Source of the DNA: Spirochaetia bacterium
Lineage (GTDB): Bacteria; Spirochaetota; Spirochaetia; DSM-2461
Length of the DNA: 64,000 bases
Reading direction: 5' to 3'
NCBI GenBank assembly: GCA_963668315.1
Contig: OY764216.1
Location: forward strand, 544,001-608,000
The first letter of the stretch is position 1. The number at the start of each line of letters is the position of its first letter. Under the pieces are notes generated by a model, which worked only from the letters and a program-made list of their open reading frames with translations, was not told where the DNA came from and made no database searches. The translations under genes and the position numbers were made by a program. Of the stretch, positions 9,461-17,954 are shown piece after piece.

Positions 9461-10696
9461 ATGCATTCAGCCCTTTCCCGATTCGAAGAAGAAATTACCG
9501 CACTGACAAAAACCCCGGGCCGGGAGACGGCGGGACTCAGCATCACCCTTTTTGAGGAAGATTCTCTCCTCTACGGCAAAGCCTGGGGCCACCGGTTCAT
9601 CGATAACGGGGAGTGCGGGAATAACCTCCCCATGATGCCGGATACCCTCTGCCGGGTGGCCAGCATCTCCAAAATAGCCTGCGCCCTTACCGCTCTCATT
9701 CAGGAGGAGAAGGGAAGGCTGGATTTTTCCCGGGACCTGTCCGATTACCTGGGCTACCCCCTGTACAATCCCCATTTTCCCGGGCAGAAAATCACCATGG
9801 CCCACCTGCTGACCCACACGTCCAGCCTGAGAGACGGAACAGTATACAATCTGCCGCGGGAGATCCCCATCAGATCCATTCTCACGGGAGAGGAATCCCT
9901 TCCCAACTGGGATAGAAACGCCGGGCCCGATGGCTATCGCCACGTCTACTGCAACCTGGGTTTCGGGGTGCTTGCCACCGTTCTGGAAAGGATAACCGGT
10001 CAGACCTTCGACAGCCTGGTTCACGAGACTCTCCTCGATCCCCTCTCCTCCGCCCTGAAAAAAGACCGGAGCGAGGGAACAACGGCCTCATTCAATCTTC
10101 AGAGAATCCCTGAGCACGAGCGGGGGAATCTGGTGGAAATCTACCGGAAGGAGAACCCCTCCGGCCCCTGGATGGTTCAGTGCGACAGCCGGGAGATCGT
10201 CGGGAAAACGGCCGATGACAAAAACTTCTACGCGGGATATGAGCCGGGAACCAACGGGACGCTTTTCGCTCCCCAGGGAGGGCTGAGGGCCTCAGCTCTT
10301 TATCTGAGCGGACTGGGACGGCTCTTTCTGGGACGAGGAAAGGTTATGGGGACGAGAATCGTCTCGGAAGAAATCATAAAAAAGATGGCCGCCCCCCGCA
10401 AAACCACCGGCAAGGATGAGGCAAATCTGAAAGGGGAGTGCGGATACGGACTCTTTTCCCTTAACGATGCCCTGCCCAACGGGGAAAGTCCTCTTTTCTG
10501 GGGACATCACGGAGACGCTTACGGACTGAAAGGCGCCCTCTATTTTGACCCGGTGGAAAAGCGGGGATTCTCCTATCTCATGACCGGCTGCGCAGAGGAT
10601 CCGGAAAAAAGAAGGGGCCTCTGGTCGTCCCGCAATCTCCTGGAGGAGACCCTTACGGCATTAATCGTCAGGACCTTCTGGCATAGGGAGGCGTAA
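9461..10696 (+). CDS. Serine hydrolase, beta-lactamase/AmpC/D-aminopeptidase superfamily
   Basis: SxxK (ASISK), LLTHTSS, YxN (YCN), GGL and HxG (HHGD) motifs; no signal peptide. Confidence 0.88.
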   Translation: MHSALSRFEEEITALTKTPGRETAGLSITLFEEDSLLYGKAWGHRFIDNGECGNNLPMMPDTLCRVASISKIACALTALIQEEKGRLDFSRDLSDYLGYPLYNPHFPGQKITMAHLLTHTSSLRDGTVYNLPREIPIRSILTGEESLPNWDRNAGPDGYRHVYCNLGFGVLATVLERITGQTFDSLVHETLLDPLSSALKKDRSEGTTASFNLQRIPEHERGNLVEIYRKENPSGPWMVQCDSREIVGKTADDKNFYAGYEPGTNGTLFAPQGGLRASALYLSGLGRLFLGRGKVMGTRIVSEEIIKKMAAPRKTTGKDEANLKGECGYGLFSLNDALPNGESPLFWGHHGDAYGLKGALYFDPVEKRGFSYLMTGCAEDPEKRRGLWSSRNLLEETLTALIVRTFWHREA

Positions 10697-11726
10697 CGCC
10701 TTCGGGATAGATGATGTAGCAGAGTCCGCCGGAGGATTCGAGCCATCTTTTTTCCAGTTCCGCCCCATCGTATGTCCGGGGAACCTCTTCGTTGGTCAAA
10801 GCGGCAGGCTCATGCATCAAAGCCCTCCCTCTGCCGTCAAATCCTCTCAGGACGGTCAGATGTCCCGCGGTGGACTCCATGGGAGCCCCTTCCAGGGGAC
10901 GATCTTTCTCCCTGTCGAAGGCAATGCTCAGGACAAGGGGGATCCCCGCTTCCAGAAAGGGCACGGCCTGGGAAAAACGGGCGAAGCGGCAGAGAGAGGC
11001 CCGGTAGCCGAGGCTGCCCGCCCAGGCCGCATTGAAACTCCAGTTGCCCGTACCGCCGTAGACCGGGTCGTACACCCCGCCGACCGCTTCGCGTACCGCC
11101 GCTTCAGGGCAGACCGCCCTTCCCCGCCAGTACCCCAGAACCATGGAAACGCTCGTCGGACTGCACCAGCCGTTTCCCCCGTCGCTGTAAATCATCTGCG
11201 AGTGGGCCGGCAGGGAATCGACCGAGACCCGGGGCAGATTTTCCTTAGGCAGATCGGGAAAGCCGCCGGTCACTCCCGGCTTTTCACCGCTCCATGTAAG
11301 GGCGGCGCCTTTGAAGAGGGGCTGCCCTCCCCTGCGGATTTCGGAGAGGATAAGTTTCATCTGCAGAACATCGATATCCTCTTTGAAACAGAGAGTATCC
11401 GTTTTCACAACGCCCCGATCATCTTCCATTCCCTTGAAGGAAGACCGTGTCACAGGACCGTCTCCGGAAGCCCAGATTCCCATGGGATACCACTCTGTCC
11501 AGCCCCGGGAGTTTTTCCCCCTCAGAAAGATCTCACCCCAGCCGTGGAGGCCGCAAATAAGATTCCAGCTGGGTATGCACTCGCGAAGGGGGAAAGGGGA
11601 CGCCACTTCGTGACTCATGATGACAGTTTTATTTATTCCCGATTCTACCGTCTCCCAAGTTTCCGGAGAGAGATCGATATATCCTGTACGGTAGGAGAGG
11701 GAATTGGTAAAAATGATTGGTTCCAT
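10668..11726 (-). CDS. Peptidase C39-like family protein
   Basis: HSQM...WCSPTS..MVL.YW, GTGNWSFN, GHLTVLRGF and HEPA papain-like triad pattern. Confidence 0.8.
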   Translation of the reverse strand: MEPIIFTNSLSYRTGYIDLSPETWETVESGINKTVIMSHEVASPFPLRECIPSWNLICGLHGWGEIFLRGKNSRGWTEWYPMGIWASGDGPVTRSSFKGMEDDRGVVKTDTLCFKEDIDVLQMKLILSEIRRGGQPLFKGAALTWSGEKPGVTGGFPDLPKENLPRVSVDSLPAHSQMIYSDGGNGWCSPTSVSMVLGYWRGRAVCPEAAVREAVGGVYDPVYGGTGNWSFNAAWAGSLGYRASLCRFARFSQAVPFLEAGIPLVLSIAFDREKDRPLEGAPMESTAGHLTVLRGFDGRGRALMHEPAALTNEEVPRTYDGAELEKRWLESSGGLCYIIYPEGVTPPYARRS

Positions 11727-11732
11727 GGAGAA

Positions 11733-11761
11733 ATTATAGCCGCCGGAGGTGTAAGGAACAA
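11733..11761 (-). promoter_or_regulatory. Sigma70 promoter, leaderless configuration
   Basis: TTGTTC-N17-TATAAT on the minus strand, 6 nt before ATG 11726; no SD. Confidence 0.55.
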
Positions 11762-11911
11762 GCCGTTTCCTTAATCCCGAAGAGGCAAATAGAGTGTCAT
11801 AACCATTTTTTGTTATTTATAACTAACATTTTACCTTTCCATGCATTATATTTTCATATAAAAGGGGATGCAAGGATATTTCCTGCCCCGTAAAACAGTA
11901 AGGAGTCAATA

Positions 11912-12412
11912 ATGAAAAATGTCATCATTTTTTTAGGTTTTATATTAATGCTTGCCCTTCCGGTGGCCGCTCAGAATTCCGTAGAGGTCAACGGGATCAC
12001 CTTTGAGTGGACAATCGATGGAACCTATCTGGAAGGAACCCTCTCCGCTCCCGAGGAGGGATGGGTTTCGGTAGGCTTCGATCCCACATCGGTGATGCAG
12101 GACGCGGACTTCATCATAGCCTATGTGGAAAACGGAGAGGTCTTTATCCGTGACGATTACGGGAACAGGCGTACCTCCCACACACCCGATACAAGCGCCG
12201 GCGGCAGCGATGACGCTATCGCCCTGGGCGGAGAGGATTCCGGCAGCGGCACGACGATCCGGTTTCGAATCCCTCTGAACTCGGGAGATCAATACGACCA
12301 CCAGTTCGTGAACGGCGAAACGATACCGGTGATTTTCGCTTCCTCCGCCAAAGATAACTTCCGAAGCATCCACAAGCGTAAGGGAAAAACAGAAATCACC
12401 TTCCGCTGGTAA
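11912..12412 (+). CDS. Secreted DOMON domain protein
   Basis: Signal peptide; GWVSVGF...MQDADFIIAYV, GTTIRFRIPL and a late His, matching DOMON Met/His heme-ligand positions. Confidence 0.8.
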   Translation: MKNVIIFLGFILMLALPVAAQNSVEVNGITFEWTIDGTYLEGTLSAPEEGWVSVGFDPTSVMQDADFIIAYVENGEVFIRDDYGNRRTSHTPDTSAGGSDDAIALGGEDSGSGTTIRFRIPLNSGDQYDHQFVNGETIPVIFASSAKDNFRSIHKRKGKTEITFRW

Positions 12413-13253
12413 GGCTCGCGGTTTTTTCGGCCGATTCGACTGTCTGCTCGACTAGGGTTATAATAGTCATAGGGCCTACGCCTCCGGGAACGGGAGTGTA
12501 GGCCGACGTTTTATGCATAAGATCGGCCAGATCGGCATCGCCCACATTGCCAGGATTATACCCCGCGTCGACCACAACCGCTCCTTCCCTTATCCATGTG
12601 CTGTCAACGAATCGGGGTCGTCCGATACCAATGCAAAGGATATCAGCCCTTTTCGTAATCTCTTTGATGTTTTTCGTACGGGAATGGCACACTGTAACCG
12701 TGGCATCTTCGTTAAGCATAAGCATGGACAAAGGCTTACCGAAAATAGGACTACGCCCCAGAATGACCACGTTCTTCCCGGCAAGGGATACGGCATAACT
12801 CTTCAAAAGCCTTATTATCCCGTAGGGTGTGGCGCATTTGAAGGCCTTTACTCCCATGGAGAACCGAGCGAAAGAGAGATGATTCACCCCATCCACATCC
12901 TTGGCAGGACTGATCGCATTAAAACAGCCGGCCTCATCAATCTGAGCGGGAACGGGGTGCTGAAGAAGAATGCCGCTTACCCGGTCATCTCCGTTTAATA
13001 GCTCTATCTCCCGGATAACCTCCCCAGTCGATGCTTCGGCGGATAACTCGATAATACGCGAACTAATTCCCGCCATTTTACAAGCATTGGCCTTCATGCG
13101 CACGTAGACCTTTGAGGCATGATCATCACCCACGATGATGGTGGCCAGTTCGGGTACATAGCCTGTCCTCTCTATTATACGTTGAGCTCTGACTTTTAAC
13201 TTCTCATTGATTTCGGCGGCGGTTTTTCTGCCATCTAAAAGAATCGGTTCCAT
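12396..13253 (-). CDS. folD: Bifunctional methylenetetrahydrofolate dehydrogenase/cyclohydrolase
   Basis: LDGR, YVRMK, GILLQHP, KDVDG, GRSPIFGKP, VTVCHSRT, TPVPGGVGPMT. Confidence 0.96.
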   Translation of the reverse strand: MEPILLDGRKTAAEINEKLKVRAQRIIERTGYVPELATIIVGDDHASKVYVRMKANACKMAGISSRIIELSAEASTGEVIREIELLNGDDRVSGILLQHPVPAQIDEAGCFNAISPAKDVDGVNHLSFARFSMGVKAFKCATPYGIIRLLKSYAVSLAGKNVVILGRSPIFGKPLSMLMLNEDATVTVCHSRTKNIKEITKRADILCIGIGRPRFVDSTWIREGAVVVDAGYNPGNVGDADLADLMHKTSAYTPVPGGVGPMTIITLVEQTVESAEKTASLTSGR

Positions 13254-13272
13254 AGGATACTCCCTTTTTCCA

Positions 13273-13348
13273 CTACCCAGGTGCTCGATAGATTATTCAG
13301 GGTCTCCCTCATGGTTCTTTCCATGGTATTTGCACCAGTCGACATGAT
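13273..13348 (-). ncRNA. ZMP/ZTP-sensing (pfl) riboswitch
   Basis: Minus strand: tcatgtcGACTGGTG..caTGGaaagAACCAtgaGGGAGac..ctatCGaGCACCTGGGtag; matches the pfl layout with GGTG/CACC pseudoknot and lies upstream of folD, a canonical target; P1 is weak. Confidence 0.8.
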
Positions 13349-13349
13349 A

Positions 13350-13378
13350 ATTTTAGGCCGAATACAGATCTTTGTAAA
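13350..13378 (-). promoter_or_regulatory. Sigma70 promoter for the folD leader
   Basis: TTTACA-N17-TAAAAT on the minus strand. Confidence 0.55.
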
Positions 13379-13421
13379 GATTCTACCGACCGCTAGAGAA
13401 AGTTGAGAGGTGTTATATCTC

Positions 13422-13450
13422 TTGCCACAGCCTTTCCAAAAAGATAAGAT
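13422..13450 (+). promoter_or_regulatory. Sigma70 promoter for ppnP
   Basis: TTGCCA-N17-TAAGAT, then AAGGAG SD. Confidence 0.55.
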
Positions 13451-13470
13451 GCCGCTAAGGAGAAATTACT

Positions 13471-13785
13471 ATGCAATTTGAAAATGTCACTGTGGTGAAA
13501 AAAGCGAATATCTATTTCGAGGGAAAGGTTACCAGCCGGGTCGTTCTTTTTCCCGACGGAGAGAGAAAAACCCTGGGAATCATGCTCCCCGGCGAGTATG
13601 AATTCAACACCGAGGCCAAGGAGATCATGGAGATTCTGGCGGGAAGCATGGATATCATGCTCCCCGGAGAATCCTCCTACACCACCTATAAGGAAGGGAC
13701 TTCCTTCGAAGTTCCGGCCAACTCCAGTTTCAAGCTGATCATCAAAGAGCCGGCCGATTACTGCTGTTCCTATATCAGCGAGTAA
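13471..13785 (+). CDS. ppnP: Pyrimidine/purine nucleoside phosphorylase (DUF1255)
   Basis: [43 protein letters not shown]. Confidence 0.92.
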   Translation: MQFENVTVVKKANIYFEGKVTSRVVLFPDGERKTLGIMLPGEYEFNTEAKEIMEILAGSMDIMLPGESSYTTYKEGTSFEVPANSSFKLIIKEPADYCCSYISE

Positions 13786-13787
13786 GG

Positions 13788-14774
13788 CTACTCCTTCAGA
13801 ACCTGAACTTCCAGCCTGTCCGTGGGCGGCGGGGGCGTTTCCGAAAGGGCGGTGATCCGCTCGAAGAGCTCCCTGTCCATGGGCAGGCTGACGGAGGCCA
13901 GGGCCGGTTCCAGCTGTTCCGCCGAACGGGCGCCGACAATGGGCGCCGTTACCCTGCCACCGAACTGAATCCACTTCACCGCCAGGGTAACGGGATGGCA
14001 GCCGATTTCTTCGGCGATCCGGCTGAATTCCCGGGCCACGGTAAAATACTCCGGCCTGCTGTAACGGGCGGCGTACCGTTTATCATCCCTTATGCGCCCC
14101 TTTCCTTCGTCGGCCGACTGGGAATATTTACCCGAGAGTAGCCCGGCGGCGATGGGGCTGTAGGAGATGGCGCCCAGTCCTTCGCTCTGGCACAGGGGCA
14201 GGATCTCCACTTCCGCCTGCCTCTTAATCAGGCTGTACATGGGCTGAACGCAGCTGAATGAAGCCAGTCCCCCGGAACGGGACAGGCCCAGGGCCTTCAT
14301 AATCTGCCAGGCCGCCCAGTTGGATACGCCGGTGTAGAGGATCTTCCCCAAGCGCACCAGATCGTCCAGAGCCCTGAGCGTTTCTTCCATGGGGACGGAA
14401 GAATCAAAACGATGGATAAAGTAGAGATCGATACGGTCGGTCTGCAGACGGCGGAGGCTCTGCTCAACATTCATTGCGATATGCCTGCGGGACGTCCCCG
14501 TTTCATTGAGCCCCTCCCCCATGGCCATGCCGACTTTGGAGGTAAGGAACAGATCGTCCCTCATTCCCGTCTCATTCACAAATTTCCCCAGAAGCTCTTC
14601 CGCCCGGCCCCGACCGTAAACATTGGCGCAGTCAAAGATATTGACGCCCCTGTCCAGACACCGCCTGAAGATTCTGCGCGACTCTTCCTCATCCGCTTCT
14701 CTGCCGAAGGTCATAGTTCCCAGGCAGACTTCCGAAACGGAAACACCCGTGTTTCCCAACAATTTGTACTTCAT
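13788..14774 (-). CDS. Aldo/keto reductase
   Basis: LGTMTFG, FDCANVYG, SLRRLQTDRIDLYFIH, GVSNW, YSPIAAGLLSGKY. Confidence 0.93.
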   Translation of the reverse strand: MKYKLLGNTGVSVSEVCLGTMTFGREADEEESRRIFRRCLDRGVNIFDCANVYGRGRAEELLGKFVNETGMRDDLFLTSKVGMAMGEGLNETGTSRRHIAMNVEQSLRRLQTDRIDLYFIHRFDSSVPMEETLRALDDLVRLGKILYTGVSNWAAWQIMKALGLSRSGGLASFSCVQPMYSLIKRQAEVEILPLCQSEGLGAISYSPIAAGLLSGKYSQSADEGKGRIRDDKRYAARYSRPEYFTVAREFSRIAEEIGCHPVTLAVKWIQFGGRVTAPIVGARSAEQLEPALASVSLPMDRELFERITALSETPPPPTDRLEVQVLKE

Positions 14775-14838
14775 AAAACCATTATACCACCGTTACGATC
14801 CATTAGGGTTTATATTTAACCCACCCAGGCCATGGGCC

Positions 14839-15822
14839 TCAGGCAAGGATATGAAAATAGAGCCAGATAAGAAGCAGGGAAAAGGAGATCTGAACGGCCC
14901 ATGTCAGAATACCGGCGCACAGGGCCTTCTTTCCCTGAGTCGCCAGCCCCCGGAAAGTGATCTTCATCCCAATCCCGGCCATGGCCACAATAAGCAGCCA
15001 CTCTCCCGCCTGCTTCAGTAATGACACAACCTCTTCGGGGAGGATTCCCAGCGTATTCACCAGCGAGAACAGGATGAAAAGTAAAATAAAGGGGGGAACT
15101 CCGGGAAGCTTAATGTCTCCCTCGCCTTCCGCCCCGGCCGGTTTTCGAATGAAACTCAGGATGAGAGCTACCGGAGTAATGAGAAGAATACGCCCCATCT
15201 TGACGACCGCCGCCGTCTGTCCCGTAACATCCCCCAGGGAGAATCCCGCCGCCGTCACCTGCCCGACGGCTTGTATGGTATTGCCGATAACCAGTCCTTT
15301 CAGCTGCTCGGTCAGACCGGGAAAAAGCGAGACGATGAGGGGAATCAGAAAAATACCCACCGTTCCCAGAAGGTTGATAACGGCCACGGAGACACCGACA
15401 TGCTCCTCATCCGTTTTGATTACCCCCTGTACGGCCGCAATGGCGGAGCTGCCGCAAATTCCGTTCCCCGTCCCCACCAGGAGGGCCAGATCCCTCTCCA
15501 TTCCCATAAGTCTTCCCCAGCCCAGGGCCGTAAAAATCGTCACGGGAACCCCCAGTAGCACCGCCGCCAGGGGGAGAAACCCCAGGGAGAAGAGAACTCT
15601 ATAATTCAGAGAGAACCCCAGAAGAGCTATGGCGGCGGAGAGAATCTTTTTTTCGCTGAAAACAATCCCCTTTTTCGCCTTAACCGGCACTTTTGTCAGA
15701 TTCGCGATCAAAAGGCCCAGAATGATGGCCAGAGTGACGGCTCCCAGGGGGACGAAGTGGCTTACTCCCCAGGCGGCAGCCCCGATGATGATGCAGAAAA
15801 TCAGACCCAAAGCAATATCCAT
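14839..15822 (-). CDS. YeiH family (putative sulfate exporter) membrane protein
   Basis: GNGICGSSAIAA, VGQVTAAG, VVKMGR, AMAGIG; multiple TM helices; divergent LysR. Confidence 0.88.
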   Translation of the reverse strand: MDIALGLIFCIIIGAAAWGVSHFVPLGAVTLAIILGLLIANLTKVPVKAKKGIVFSEKKILSAAIALLGFSLNYRVLFSLGFLPLAAVLLGVPVTIFTALGWGRLMGMERDLALLVGTGNGICGSSAIAAVQGVIKTDEEHVGVSVAVINLLGTVGIFLIPLIVSLFPGLTEQLKGLVIGNTIQAVGQVTAAGFSLGDVTGQTAAVVKMGRILLITPVALILSFIRKPAGAEGEGDIKLPGVPPFILLFILFSLVNTLGILPEEVVSLLKQAGEWLLIVAMAGIGMKITFRGLATQGKKALCAGILTWAVQISFSLLLIWLYFHILA

Positions 15823-15935
15823 AATGACTCCTCAGAAGCACATTAGCAGAGATGATTGATTATGAATATTTATACTTTTTTATGTTAATATAAGTTATTC
15901 TTTACTTTTCCCTGTTAAATCGATAAACTGTGGCC

Positions 15936-16820
15936 ATGCTCGATTATCGACTGTACACGTTTCTGGCTGTGGTGGAACAGGGTACGCTGGCCAAAGCCTC
16001 TGACGCCCTGGGGCTGACCCAGCCCGCCGTGTCCCAGCATATCAAAGCCCTGGAAGAACTCTACGCCACTCCCCTCTTCGACCATATCGGCCGGCGGCTT
16101 GTCCTCAACGACGCGGGGCGGCTTCTCGTGAAAACGGCGGGGAAGGCCCAGGCTCTCTTCGAGCAGTTTGAAAGGGAGGCGTCCAGCATGAGGGAGGGCA
16201 GGAAATACTACCGCATGGGCGCGACTCTGACCATCGGAGAATTCATCCTCCCCGCATTCCTGGGGAAATACCGCACCGCCCATCCGGAGAGGGAACTGAC
16301 CGTTCATATAGAAAACACGGTCAACGTCCTCCATCTCCTGGACAGGAAGAAAATCGATGTGGCCCTGGTGGAAGGTCCCTTCGATATGACCCGCTACAAA
16401 AGCCGGCTTTTTCTTCAGGACGAAATGATCTTCATCGGCAGCAGGAACTACATCACCGACAGCCGGAAACCCATTACTCCCGAAGAGCTGGCGGGAAGCC
16501 GCCTCATACTCCGGGAGGAAGGATCGGGGACCCGCTACTACTGGGAGGCGTATTGCCGGGAAAAAAAAATCCTTATTCCCCGCAGCTCGCTGGTCATGGA
16601 GGTGGGAAGTCTGAGCGCCATAAAATCACTGGCCGAAGCGGGACTGGGCTGCTCGGTCATGTCACGCCGGGCCGTCAGGCAGGAGCTTCTTCTGGGATCT
16701 CTCCTCACCCGCCCCTTCTCGACGGGCCCGCTCAACCGGAATCTCTACTTTGTGTACAGCGACGATTCCCCCATCGGTTTTATCAACGACTTCGCCGATT
16801 TTATTGAGGATGAGAAATAA
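15936..16820 (+). CDS. LysR family regulator (YeiE/CysL-like)
   Basis: HTH LGLTQPAVSQHIKALEE, TIGEFILP, REEGSGTR; start placed at ATG 15936 after TTTACT-N17-TAAACT. Confidence 0.92.
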   Translation: MLDYRLYTFLAVVEQGTLAKASDALGLTQPAVSQHIKALEELYATPLFDHIGRRLVLNDAGRLLVKTAGKAQALFEQFEREASSMREGRKYYRMGATLTIGEFILPAFLGKYRTAHPERELTVHIENTVNVLHLLDRKKIDVALVEGPFDMTRYKSRLFLQDEMIFIGSRNYITDSRKPITPEELAGSRLILREEGSGTRYYWEAYCREKKILIPRSSLVMEVGSLSAIKSLAEAGLGCSVMSRRAVRQELLLGSLLTRPFSTGPLNRNLYFVYSDDSPIGFINDFADFIEDEK

Positions 16821-16834
16821 CGACCCGATCGGAC

Positions 16835-17293
16835 CTAACGACTTTCGCCCATCCTTGACCGGACCCTTTCGGCAAAGTCTGCGATCTCTTCCTTCCCGGG
16901 AAATTCCTGTTTCGCGAAAAGATCGGCCTGAAGAGAGGGACCGGGCTTCTCAAACTGCCCCTTCTGGCTGTTCCAGACAGGCTGTATGACAAAATGGATA
17001 TGAACCGGTTCCCATCCCGCGTGGGACCATTGGCAAATATAGGTCTGGTCGCACTCGGTCAGTTCTTTTATTATGGCGGCGGCCCTTTGGAGCAGAGGAC
17101 CGAACTCTTCCGTCTCCTCAGCGGTCAGCTGGGAAAAATTCAAAACATGGCGAATAGGCTTAAGCAGGAGTGTCCCGACGGGGAACGGGCCGACACAGGA
17201 CTCAAGAGACCACAGGCCGGTCTGATGCAGAAATCCGCCGGGAAGCTCTTTCTCACCACTGAGGATATCGCAGGCCAGGCAACGTTTTTCCAT
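16835..17293 (-). CDS. HIT family hydrolase
   Basis: N-terminal CLAC, GTLLLKPIRH and HIHFVI histidine-triad-like motif. Confidence 0.78.
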   Translation of the reverse strand: MEKRCLACDILSGEKELPGGFLHQTGLWSLESCVGPFPVGTLLLKPIRHVLNFSQLTAEETEEFGPLLQRAAAIIKELTECDQTYICQWSHAGWEPVHIHFVIQPVWNSQKGQFEKPGPSLQADLFAKQEFPGKEEIADFAERVRSRMGESR

Positions 17294-17302
17294 GGGAACT
17301 CC

Positions 17303-17896
17303 TTATTTTAACATATTCCGCATGCCCGTAAAGGCCATCTGGGCCGAGAGAGCGGAGAGGATGAGACCGGAAAGCCTCGTCAGGATGGATATACCCTTGT
17401 CCTTGAGGACTTTTTCCAGCCAGGGGGAGATAAGAAGGATCAGCCCCAGGAAAAAGACAGCGATGGTAACAGCCAGAAATCCGGCCACATAATCGGAAAC
17501 CGAATCAAGCCCGGCTCCCATGACCATCAGGGTACCGGTCGTGGCGGGACCGACGATGATGGGGATGGACAGGGGCACCACGGATATGTCGCTGTTGTCT
17601 ATGGTTTTGGACTGGGCGTTCTTGCCCTGTACGAGATCGACCGCGCTCAGGAAGAGGATGGCCCCCGCACCGATTCGAAAGGCGTCCACCGTTATACTGA
17701 ACAGGGTAAAGATAGCGCCCCCTCCGAAGATCAGAATCAGACAGATCACTTCCACGGAGAAAGACGTCTTGATTACCAGAATCCGTTTTTCCCTGACTCC
17801 GAGATCCGTGGTCATGGTAAGAAACATGGACAGGACGAAAAAAGGGGTAAAGATGAAAAACAGCTGCAACATCATGGTCAGCATATAAGATACCAT
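17303..17896 (-). CDS. MarC family membrane protein
   Basis: FRIGAGAILF, VVPLSIPIIVGPAT, RLSGLILSA. Confidence 0.9.
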   Translation of the reverse strand: MVSYMLTMMLQLFFIFTPFFVLSMFLTMTTDLGVREKRILVIKTSFSVEVICLILIFGGGAIFTLFSITVDAFRIGAGAILFLSAVDLVQGKNAQSKTIDNSDISVVPLSIPIIVGPATTGTLMVMGAGLDSVSDYVAGFLAVTIAVFFLGLILLISPWLEKVLKDKGISILTRLSGLILSALSAQMAFTGMRNMLK

Positions 17897-17954
17897 GAAA
17901 AACTCCTGATCAGCACAGACAAAACAGCCTATGGGTATATTAGCTAATTATACC

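Noticed and set aside
9461..10696. Beta-lactam resistance gene
   Set aside because: No signal peptide and no class A/C/D-specific features; general SxxK hydrolase
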